Below are positions 1 to 7,000 of a stretch of 60,901 bases of DNA, piece after piece. Below the pieces are notes generated by a model that worked only from the letters and a program-made list of their open reading frames with translations, did no database searches and was not told where the DNA came from. The stretch comes from Caldisericota bacterium. GTDB lineage: Bacteria > Caldisericota > Caldisericia > B22-G15. Made by a program: the position numbers and the translations under genes. Every line of letters begins with the position of its first letter. Positions within the stretch are counted from its first letter, which is position 1. The stretch spans positions 1 to 60,901 of the forward strand of contig JAKPCM010000072.1 of the NCBI GenBank assembly GCA_029553255.1, written 5' to 3'.

Positions 1-102
1 TATGGATGGTTTTATTTTGATGAAGCATTAAAATATGTTACATATAAAAACGACAAAAAGATATTAAAAAATGCAATAAAAAAATTAAGGGAGGTTTTTT
101 AA
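1..102 (+). CDS. 3' end of an unidentified plus-strand gene (truncated by window start)
   Basis: Frame 1 is open from base 1 to TAA at 100-102 (...AIKKLREVF*). Too short to assign a family. Confidence 0.3.
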   Translation, partial: YGWFYFDEALKYVTYKNDKKILKNAIKKLREVF

Positions 103-109
103 ACCTCCC
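89..109 (-). terminator. Intrinsic terminator hairpin between convergent genes
   Basis: GGGAGGTT / AACCTCCC 8-bp GC-rich stem. On the minus strand it is followed by TTAATTTTTTT. It sits 38 nt past the stop of the 147-890 gene. Confidence 0.5.
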
Positions 110-146
110 AGTAAAATCTTTTAAATCTTTAACTTTTTTAGTTAGT

Positions 147-890
147 TTAAAAGATAAATTTCACATTAACTGTAACTTGAACAGATTGAGTTCCTGTAAA
201 AATTGGAGTTACCATTTCCGATGTAATATTTTTTAAATCTCTATAGACAGGATAAGAAACATCTGAAATATTAATTTCTGCAACTCCTTTTATTTTTTCA
301 CCAACAACTTCTAATGCGACATCTGCTTTTTTCTTAGCATCTTCCATTGCAATCTTAATTGCCTCAAGTTTTAACTCATCTTTATTTGAAATATCAAAGC
401 TTAATCCTGAAATTACATTTGCACCATTTGAAGTAGCAGTATCAAGAACTTCACTCAAAAATCCTGTATCAAGTTCTCCATTGCTGAGTTTTTTTGTTAT
501 TTTAATACTTAAGTTGTTTCTTACCACATAACCAACTAAAACTGGTGCTTCTTTTTCTGGATAGTTATAAACTGGTTGAATTAAATAATCTACTGTAGTT
601 AAATCGTCTTGTTTAACTCCCAATTTTAATAATGCTGAAACTATTTGGTTCATTATTTTTGCATTCTCTTCAGAAGCCTCTTTTGCTGTTAACCTTTGAA
701 TTTCAACTCCAACATTCACATATCCAACATCTGGTTTTGCATAAACAATTCCCTGACCAGATACAGTTATTGAATTTTCTGATGTAACATCTGTTACTTC
801 ATTTACATCAGTCTTAGCAAAACTTATTCCCATAAGGGAAACCACCAAAATCAATACTGAAACCAAAAAAAGTGTTAAGACTTTTTTCAT
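147..890 (-). CDS. SIMPL/DUF541-family secreted protein
   Basis: Start moved to MKKVLTLFLVS (ATG 890) behind GGAGGTGA. Signal peptide present. Length and pattern (VSGQG...AKPD...V..., C-terminal beta-rich part) fit SIMPL / 26-kDa periplasmic immunogenic protein. Confidence 0.7.
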   Translation of the reverse strand: MKKVLTLFLVSVLILVVSLMGISFAKTDVNEVTDVTSENSITVSGQGIVYAKPDVGYVNVGVEIQRLTAKEASEENAKIMNQIVSALLKLGVKQDDLTTVDYLIQPVYNYPEKEAPVLVGYVVRNNLSIKITKKLSNGELDTGFLSEVLDTATSNGANVISGLSFDISNKDELKLEAIKIAMEDAKKKADVALEVVGEKIKGVAEINISDVSYPVYRDLKNITSEMVTPIFTGTQSVQVTVNVKFIF

Positions 891-956
891 AGTTTCACCT
901 CCTAATGATATAAACAAAAATAGAGAAAAATAGTTTCAAATTTTTGAGAATTATTT

Positions 957-1649
957 TTATAATGGATATTCGAAATAGATTATTTTGTTTATTTCTGAAT
1001 CAATTAAAAAAATCCAATAATTATTATTTTCGCTAACTGAAACTAATATCAAACTTTCATCGATATTAATTAAATCTTTTATTGTGTCTTTATTAACAAA
1101 ATCAAATCTTTCATCGTTCTTAAAAATTTCTAAAACTTTATCAATATTATTTGAACTTATTGTTAAAGATTTTAAATCTTCTTTTTTAATCAAATCTACT
1201 AAATCTTTTGAATTTATATTATGTTCTTCTAAATTTTCTTCACCTGAAATTATTCTTTCAAAATTACCATCTTTTTCATATACTTTTACACCACTTTTAT
1301 AAATTTTTACTAATTCATCATTCTCTATTTTTTCTTCTAACAATTCATCATTTTCTAATATCTTTAATATTTTCTCCCCATATTGACTTCGGTAATTTCT
1401 TACTAAATATTCATTTTCATCAGAAGGATATTGGATAGATATTTTATTTAAAATAAATAAAGTGGGAATAATTATCAACAAAATAACAATTGAATACGAT
1501 AAACTTCTTAATAAAACTCTCCTTTTCTTTAATGTTTTTCTTTTTTCATAAAGAACAAATAGTTTATTTTTGAGTTCTTTTTTGAACTCTTCATCTTCAA
1601 TTTCTGGTTTTTTAATATCTTCTAAAAATTCATCAAATTTTTCCATCAT
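957..1649 (-). CDS. Single-pass membrane protein, putative anti-sigma factor
   Basis: Abuts the ECF sigma gene with a 2-nt gap. Acidic cytoplasmic N-terminus, one TM (LSYSIVILLIIIPTLFIL), ~165-aa outer domain. No ZAS HxxxCxxC motif. Confidence 0.45.
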   Translation of the reverse strand: MMEKFDEFLEDIKKPEIEDEEFKKELKNKLFVLYEKRKTLKKRRVLLRSLSYSIVILLIIIPTLFILNKISIQYPSDENEYLVRNYRSQYGEKILKILENDELLEEKIENDELVKIYKSGVKVYEKDGNFERIISGEENLEEHNINSKDLVDLIKKEDLKSLTISSNNIDKVLEIFKNDERFDFVNKDTIKDLINIDESLILVSVSENNNYWIFLIDSEINKIIYFEYPL

Positions 1650-1651
1650 AT

Positions 1652-2206
1652 TTATAAACTAAAATCTTTTAAAAAAGTTTCATCTTTTTCGAGCTCTTTT
1701 TTTAACTTTTCAGTCCCTCTTTTTAAAATTGTTTTAACCGTATTTTCATTTAAATTTAAGATTTCACCTATCTCTTTAATTTTTTTCTTTTCAAATATTT
1801 TTAATGTAAGAATATTTTGATAATTTAGTGGTAATTTTAAAAGTGCTTTTTGAATATAAAAAAACTTTTTCTCTTCGATATCTAATAAATCCTCTTTATA
1901 TTCAATTTCAATATCATCTTTTAGAATAAATTTACTATTCTTTTTTATGAAATTATTAACAAGATTTGTTGCTATTTTTATCAGATAATTTGAATAAGGA
2001 ATCCCCCTGTCTTTATAACTATCGATTGAAAGAAGTGCTTTTGTAAATACCTCTTCTGTTAAATCTTTTGCTTCTTCTTTTAAACCTATTCTTCCAAATA
2101 TATAATTTAAAATTAGGGAAAAATATTCTTCAAAAATTATACCAAAGGCCTCTTTATCCTCTTTTGCCTTCTCTAATAAATTTTTTTCAACTTCCCTGTC
2201 AAGCAT
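1652..2206 (-). CDS. ECF-type RNA polymerase sigma-70 family factor
   Basis: 184 aa. Region 2 (AFGIIFEEYFSLILNYIF...EEVFTKAL) and region 4 HTH (IKEIGEILNLNENTVKTILKRGTEKLK). Confidence 0.85.
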   Translation of the reverse strand: MLDREVEKNLLEKAKEDKEAFGIIFEEYFSLILNYIFGRIGLKEEAKDLTEEVFTKALLSIDSYKDRGIPYSNYLIKIATNLVNNFIKKNSKFILKDDIEIEYKEDLLDIEEKKFFYIQKALLKLPLNYQNILTLKIFEKKKIKEIGEILNLNENTVKTILKRGTEKLKKELEKDETFLKDFSL

Positions 2207-2272
2207 TAAAATATTTTTAATAATAGATTTATTTAAAGAGGATTTTTTCTTTATAGAAATTTAAAATGTCTA

Positions 2273-3655
2273 TTAACCTTTAAGATATTTTAGTTTTTCT
2301 ACTTCTTCTTCGTCAACAATATACTCAGATTCAAATTTTTTCTCTTCAACAACTTTCTTTCTTATTTCCTCTTCATTAAGAGCTCTAATTGAGAGACGCA
2401 TTTTTCTATCTGAAGGTTTTAGTTCAACAACTTTTGCTTCAACTTCCTGACCTATTTGAAGAGCTTCTTCTGGTTTTTTAATCTTCTTTAGTGTTATCTG
2501 TGATATATGTATTAGTCCTGTAATACCTTCTTCTATTTCTACAACTGCACCAAAAGGTAAAAATCTTATAACTTTTCCTTTAACAATAGTTCCTACAGGA
2601 TACTTCTCTTCAATATTTTCCCATGGATGTGGTTTTGTTTGTCTTAAAGAAAGTGATACCCTTTCTTCCTCTGGATTGACATTTAAAATTTTTACTTTAA
2701 CTTTTTGTTTCTTTCTAACAATCTCTCTTGCTGGTTTTCTTGGTCCCCAAGTTAACTCAGAAAGATGAATTAATCCTTCAATTCCTTTACCAAGATCTAC
2801 AAAAACTCCAAATTCAACTATTCCTACAACAGTACCAACAACTGTTTCCCCTTCTTTTTTCTTTAATTCATAAAAGTATTCTTTTCTCTCTTTTTCTTTC
2901 TCTTCTTCAAGGATAACCCTTCTTGAACAGATAATCTTTCTTATCTCTCTATCAAATTCAATTATTTTTACCTTTAGTGTTTTGTTGAGATAATTATTAA
3001 GTTCTTTTCTTCTTACAACATTTAATTCTATTTGGGTTCTTGGTAAAAATGCAGGGAGTCCTAAATCAATAAGTAATCCACCTTTAACAACTCTCGTAAC
3101 AGTTCCTTCTATATCTTTCTTGTTATCAAAAGCCTCTTTTAAATCTCTCCAAGCTGATTCATAATCAGCTCTTCTTTTTGAAAGTACAAGTTCACCCGTT
3201 GGACCTTCTGGTCTAACAACATAAACATTTATCTCTTCTCCTTCTTTTACTATATCCCTTGCAGAAACATTTTTCTCTTTTGTCAACTCTTTTAAAGGAA
3301 TATAATTTTCAAATTTTCTACCAACACTGACAAGAGCACCATCATCCTCAACTTTAACAACTACTGCGGGTATAATTTCCCCTTTCTTGAATTTTCTCGG
3401 AAGATAATCTTCTGTAATTTTTCTTACTTCGTCTAATTCCTCTTTTACTTCTTCTTCGACTTCCTCTTTTGTTTCTTCTTCCATTTCAGAAATAATATTT
3501 CTGATCTCTTCTTCTCCTAACTTTTCATCTTCAGAACTTTCCTCTTCTTTTGGTTCTTCCTCTTCTTCTTTTGGTTCTTCCTCCTCTTCTTTTGATTCTA
3601 ACTCTTCGAAGTTTTCTTCATCTTTTTTAGAAAACTCCTCGTCCTTTTCTACCAT
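2273..3655 (-). CDS. rpsA: 30S ribosomal protein S1 (four S1 domains) with acidic N-terminal extension
   Basis: Four OB/S1 repeats (e.g. GTVVGIVEFGVFVDLG..GLIHLSEL; GKVIRFLPFGAVVEIEEGITGLIHISQI). GGAGG SD before the ATG. Confidence 0.85.
   Translation of the reverse strand: MVEKDEEFSKKDEENFEELESKEEEEEPKEEEEEPKEEESSEDEKLGEEEIRNIISEMEEETKEEVEEEVKEELDEVRKITEDYLPRKFKKGEIIPAVVVKVEDDGALVSVGRKFENYIPLKELTKEKNVSARDIVKEGEEINVYVVRPEGPTGELVLSKRRADYESAWRDLKEAFDNKKDIEGTVTRVVKGGLLIDLGLPAFLPRTQIELNVVRRKELNNYLNKTLKVKIIEFDREIRKIICSRRVILEEEKEKERKEYFYELKKKEGETVVGTVVGIVEFGVFVDLGKGIEGLIHLSELTWGPRKPAREIVRKKQKVKVKILNVNPEEERVSLSLRQTKPHPWENIEEKYPVGTIVKGKVIRFLPFGAVVEIEEGITGLIHISQITLKKIKKPEEALQIGQEVEAKVVELKPSDRKMRLSIRALNEEEIRKKVVEEKKFESEYIVDEEEVEKLKYLKG
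3541..3603 (-). repeat. 21-nt in-frame tandem repeat (about 3 copies) inside rpsA
   Basis: TTTTGG/TTTTGA landmarks at 3548, 3569 and 3590 give a period of 21. Encodes EEEEEPK EEEEEPK EEESSED. Confidence 0.6.
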
Positions 3656-3656
3656 A

Positions 3657-4022
3657 TTAAACCTCCTTTGTTAAAATTTCTTTTGCCTGATTAACAATAT
3701 AAGAAAAACTTTCTTTATCATTAATTGCTAATTCTGAAAGCATTTTTCTGTTAATCAGGATTGAACCCTTCTTAAGCCCATGGATAAATCTTGAGTAAGA
3801 TATTCCAAATTCTTTAAGAGCTGCATTAATCCTTGTAATCCACAAGCTTCTCATATCTCTCTTTTTTAATCTTCTTCCAACATAAGAATAATGCAATGAG
3901 TGTTCTACTGATTCTCTTGCGACACGATATCTAATTGATGCTGCGCCTTTGAAACCTTTAGCAAGTCTTAATGTCTTTTTTCTTCTTCTCCTTGTATATT
4001 GGCCACCTTTAATCCTTGCCAT
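3657..4022 (-). CDS. rplT: 50S ribosomal protein L20
   Basis: MARIKGGQYTRRRRKK... hallmark N-terminus. infC-rpmI-rplT order. Confidence 0.95.
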   Translation of the reverse strand: MARIKGGQYTRRRRKKTLRLAKGFKGAASIRYRVARESVEHSLHYSYVGRRLKKRDMRSLWITRINAALKEFGISYSRFIHGLKKGSILINRKMLSELAINDKESFSYIVNQAKEILTKEV

Positions 4023-4025
4023 AAA

Positions 4026-4226
4026 TTACCTCCTTAAGCCTATTATCTTTCTAACATTTTTTTCATCTTCTTTAGAAACCTCTTTATATCTTAACTGTTT
4101 AACTTTTTTATTTGACTTTTTCTTCTCAAGGTGATGAGAATGTCCTGTTCTTCTTCTCATTATCTTTCCACTTCCAGTTACCTTAAACCTCTTCTTTGCT
4201 GTTTTCGAGATTTTTAATTTGGGCAT
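4026..4226 (-). CDS. rpmI: 50S ribosomal protein L35
   Basis: MPKLKISKTAKKRFKVTGSGKI...; 66 aa; AGGAGG SD. Confidence 0.95.
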   Translation of the reverse strand: MPKLKISKTAKKRFKVTGSGKIMRRRTGHSHHLEKKKSNKKVKQLRYKEVSKEDEKNVRKIIGLRR

Positions 4227-4752
4227 CCTTGTTTCCTCCTTTTTTTATTGGACCTATTAAGCATTCAATCCTTTTGCCCTGGAAAAAGGGCTCTCTTTCG
4301 ACAACGCCTACATCCTTAAGTTGATTAATAACACTTCTTAATAACTCAAAACCTTTTTCTTTATTCACTAATTCTCTACCTCTAAAATAAATTGATATTC
4401 TTACTTTATCTCCATTGATTAGCCATTCCTTTGCATTTTTTACTTTATATTGTAAATCTCCTTTTCCTATAAAAGGTCTCAATTCGAGATTTTTTACATC
4501 AAAAGTAACCTGTTTCTTTTTTGCTTCTTTTTTTTTCTTAGTTAATTCATACTTAAATTTTCCATAATCTACAATTTTACAAACAGGGGGATTTATATTT
4601 GCATTTATTTCAACAAGATCTAAATTTTTTTCTTCTGCAAGAGAAAGTGCTTGTTCTATCGGAAAGACTCCCAATTGTTTTCCATCATTATCAATAACTC
4701 TAACCTCCTTTGCCTTAATCGCTTTATTAACTCTTAAAGTATCCTCTTTAAT
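4183..4752 (-). CDS. infC: Translation initiation factor IF-3, ATT start
   Basis: The frame is open upstream of the listed TTG back to a TGA at 4759-4761. ATT at 4750-4752 lies 6 nt after GGGGGTGA. The N-terminus IKEDTLRVNKAIKAKEVRVIDNDGKQLGV is typical of IF-3. Confidence 0.88.
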   Translation of the reverse strand: MKEDTLRVNKAIKAKEVRVIDNDGKQLGVFPIEQALSLAEEKNLDLVEINANINPPVCKIVDYGKFKYELTKKKKEAKKKQVTFDVKNLELRPFIGKGDLQYKVKNAKEWLINGDKVRISIYFRGRELVNKEKGFELLRSVINQLKDVGVVEREPFFQGKRIECLIGPIKKGGNKDAQIKNLENSKEEV

Positions 4753-4779
4753 TGAAGATCACCCCCATTGAATCATCGC

Positions 4780-6690
4780 TCACTTCTTGTTCTCGACCTC
4801 CTTTTTAAGGTTATCAATTATATCATCTATAGAAAAATTACCAAGATTTCCTTGATTCTTTTTTCTCACTGCAACCTCCTTTTTTTCTTTTTCTTTTTTT
4901 CCAATCACAAATAAATAGGGAACTTTTTCTATTTCCCCATTTTTTATCTTTTCTTGCAAGGCATCATTTGAAAAATCAGATTCAACTCTAAAACCAGCTT
5001 CAAAAAGTTTATTATATACCTCTTTTGCATAATCTTCAACATCTTGAGTAACTGTTAAAATTTTTATCTGTACAGGAGACAACCATAATGGAAAATTACC
5101 TGCATAATTTTCAATAAGAGCACCAAAGAACCTTTCGATCGAACCAAGAACAACCCTATGTATCATAACAGGTGTATGCTCTTTGCCATCATTACCCATA
5201 TATGTAAGATTGAATCTCTGTGGTAAATTAAAATCCACCTGAATAGTTGGTCCCTGCCATAATCTATCAAGAGAATCTTTGAGTTTAATATCAATTTTTG
5301 GTCCATAGAAAACACCTTCACCCGGATCTATCTTATAATCAATTTTTTCTATTTCAAGAGCTTTAATTAAAGCATTAGTTGCTTTTTCCCATAATTCTAT
5401 AGAACCAACAAATTTTTCAGGCCTTGTTGAAAGATATATTTCATAATTTTCAAAACCAAAGGTTTTCATCATAAAAATAGCAAAATTTAAAACTCCGATT
5501 ATTTCATTTTCAAGTTGATCTTCAGTACAAAAAATATGAGCATCATCTTGAGTAAACCCTCTAACTCTTAATAATCCATGCAAAACTCCTGATCTCTCAT
5601 ATCTATAAACTGTCCCAAGTTCAAAAAATCTTAAAGGAAGTTCTTTATAACTCCTTGTTCTTGATTTGTAAATCAATATATGTCCTGGACAATTCATTGG
5701 TTTAACAAGATATGGAACATCATCAACCTCTATTTGAGAATACATATTATCTTTATAATATGAAAGGTGACCAGAAATTTCCCAGAGTTTTGCTTTTGCA
5801 ATATGTGGAGTATAAACAAATTGATAACCTCTTTTAAGGTGTTCCTCTCTTTCGAAATCTTCTATTATTTTTCTTATCATTCCACCTTTTGGGTGGAAAA
5901 AGATAAAGCCAGGACCAGCTTCTTCTGGATGAATACTGAAAAGATCAAGTTCTTTTCCAAGCCTTCTATGATCTCTTTTCTCAATTTCTTTTAACCTCTC
6001 AAGATAACTATTTAATGAATTCTCATCAAAAAATGAAGTCCCATATATTCTTTGAAGAATTTCTCTATTTTCGTCTCCTCTCCAATAACTTGATGAAGAT
6101 GATAAAATTTTAAAGTTTTTTATCAAAGTTGTATCTTTAAGATGAGGCCCTCTACAAAGATCAACAAATTCACCAACTTTATAAATAGAAACAGTATCAC
6201 CCTCAATATCATCTATAAGTTCGAGTTTAAATTTTTCTTCTTTGAACAATTCTTTTGCTTCGTTCTTATTCATTTCAAATCTCTCAAATTTAAGGATATT
6301 TTTTAATATCTCTTTCATCTTGTTTTCAATTTCAACTAAATCTTCTGGTGTAAATGTTTTGTTAATATAAAAGTCATAATAAAAACCATTTTTAATTGAT
6401 GGTCCAATTGCAAGTTTAGCTTCAGGATAAAGTTTTTTTACCGCATATGCCATTATATGAGAAGTTGAGTGGTTTAGAATTGTCAGCGATTCTTCATCCT
6501 CTATTTTTAGAAACTTAATGTTATCTCCCTCTTTTGGTTTATAATAAAAATCTACAATCAAATTGTTGTTTATTTTAGCACCAACAATTTCATCTACATT
6601 ATCGAGATTATTTAAAAGAGAAAATAAATTATCTCCTTCATTAATAAAAAAATTATTATTTAGATTTTCTAAGAAAATCTCTACTTTCAT
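4780..6690 (-). CDS. thrS: Threonyl-tRNA synthetase
   Basis: 636 aa. TGS N-terminus, editing-domain HxxxH (HSTSHIM), class II core (FRYERSG, GFTQDDAHIF) and anticodon-binding tail. Confidence 0.95.
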   Translation of the reverse strand: MKVEIFLENLNNNFFINEGDNLFSLLNNLDNVDEIVGAKINNNLIVDFYYKPKEGDNIKFLKIEDEESLTILNHSTSHIMAYAVKKLYPEAKLAIGPSIKNGFYYDFYINKTFTPEDLVEIENKMKEILKNILKFERFEMNKNEAKELFKEEKFKLELIDDIEGDTVSIYKVGEFVDLCRGPHLKDTTLIKNFKILSSSSSYWRGDENREILQRIYGTSFFDENSLNSYLERLKEIEKRDHRRLGKELDLFSIHPEEAGPGFIFFHPKGGMIRKIIEDFEREEHLKRGYQFVYTPHIAKAKLWEISGHLSYYKDNMYSQIEVDDVPYLVKPMNCPGHILIYKSRTRSYKELPLRFFELGTVYRYERSGVLHGLLRVRGFTQDDAHIFCTEDQLENEIIGVLNFAIFMMKTFGFENYEIYLSTRPEKFVGSIELWEKATNALIKALEIEKIDYKIDPGEGVFYGPKIDIKLKDSLDRLWQGPTIQVDFNLPQRFNLTYMGNDGKEHTPVMIHRVVLGSIERFFGALIENYAGNFPLWLSPVQIKILTVTQDVEDYAKEVYNKLFEAGFRVESDFSNDALQEKIKNGEIEKVPYLFVIGKKEKEKKEVAVRKKNQGNLGNFSIDDIIDNLKKEVENKK

Positions 6691-6728
6691 ATATCTCCTT
6701 AATTTTAAAATTTTTAAAAATAAAAAAA

Positions 6729-6803
6729 TGGTGGGCGATAGTGGACTCGAACCACTGACCTCTTCGGTGTCAACGAAGCGTTCTTCCTCTGAACTAACCG
6801 CCC
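6729..6803 (-). tRNA. tRNA-Val (anticodon GAC), CCA encoded
   Basis: Reverse complement folds by hand: acceptor GGGCGGT/ATCGCCC, anticodon stem CTTCG/CGAAG with loop TTGACAC, T-arm AGTGG-TTCGAGT-CCACT, 3' ACCA. Confidence 0.85.
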
Positions 6804-6814
6804 TTTCCCAATTT

Positions 6815-6842
6815 ATATTATAATAATTTGACTAATTGTCAA
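6815..6842 (-). promoter_or_regulatory. Candidate sigma-70 promoter for tRNA-Val/thrS
   Basis: -35 TTGACA (6837-6842), 16-nt spacer, -10 TAATAT (6815-6820), about 11 nt before the tRNA 5' end. Confidence 0.35.
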
Positions 6843-7000
6843 GAATGTGTGTAAGTTCGAATATCAATATACCATACCATTAGATACTACTGAAATAATA
6901 TGATTTGTGATTGTTAGGTAGCTATTTTTAATCATTTTTAAAATTTTTTTAAGTGATATAATTAAAAAATAAAAATATATAAAAAATGAAAGGAGATTTT

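Noticed and set aside
1084-1438. Plus-strand ORFs 1084-1302 and 1208-1438
   Set aside because: They lie antisense to the anti-sigma-like gene. Their low-complexity L/F/S/I-rich translations are typical of the reverse strand of Lys/Glu-rich AT-rich genes. They have no SD.
3541-3603. Short direct repeats considered as a CRISPR-like or minisatellite element
   Set aside because: The period is 21 nt, in frame, inside rpsA, and encodes EEEEEPK units with no spacers. It is a coding repeat only.
6563-6823. 86-aa plus-strand ORF spanning the thrS start and the tRNA
   Set aside because: Its GC-rich central part is simply the antisense of tRNA-Val, so it is not a gene.
6828-6842. Inverted repeat TTGAC-TAATT-GTCAA that could be face-to-face -35 boxes or an operator
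   Set aside because: The plus-strand reading has no acceptable -10 at 16-18 nt (GTAAGT). The 5-bp arms are too short to distinguish from chance.
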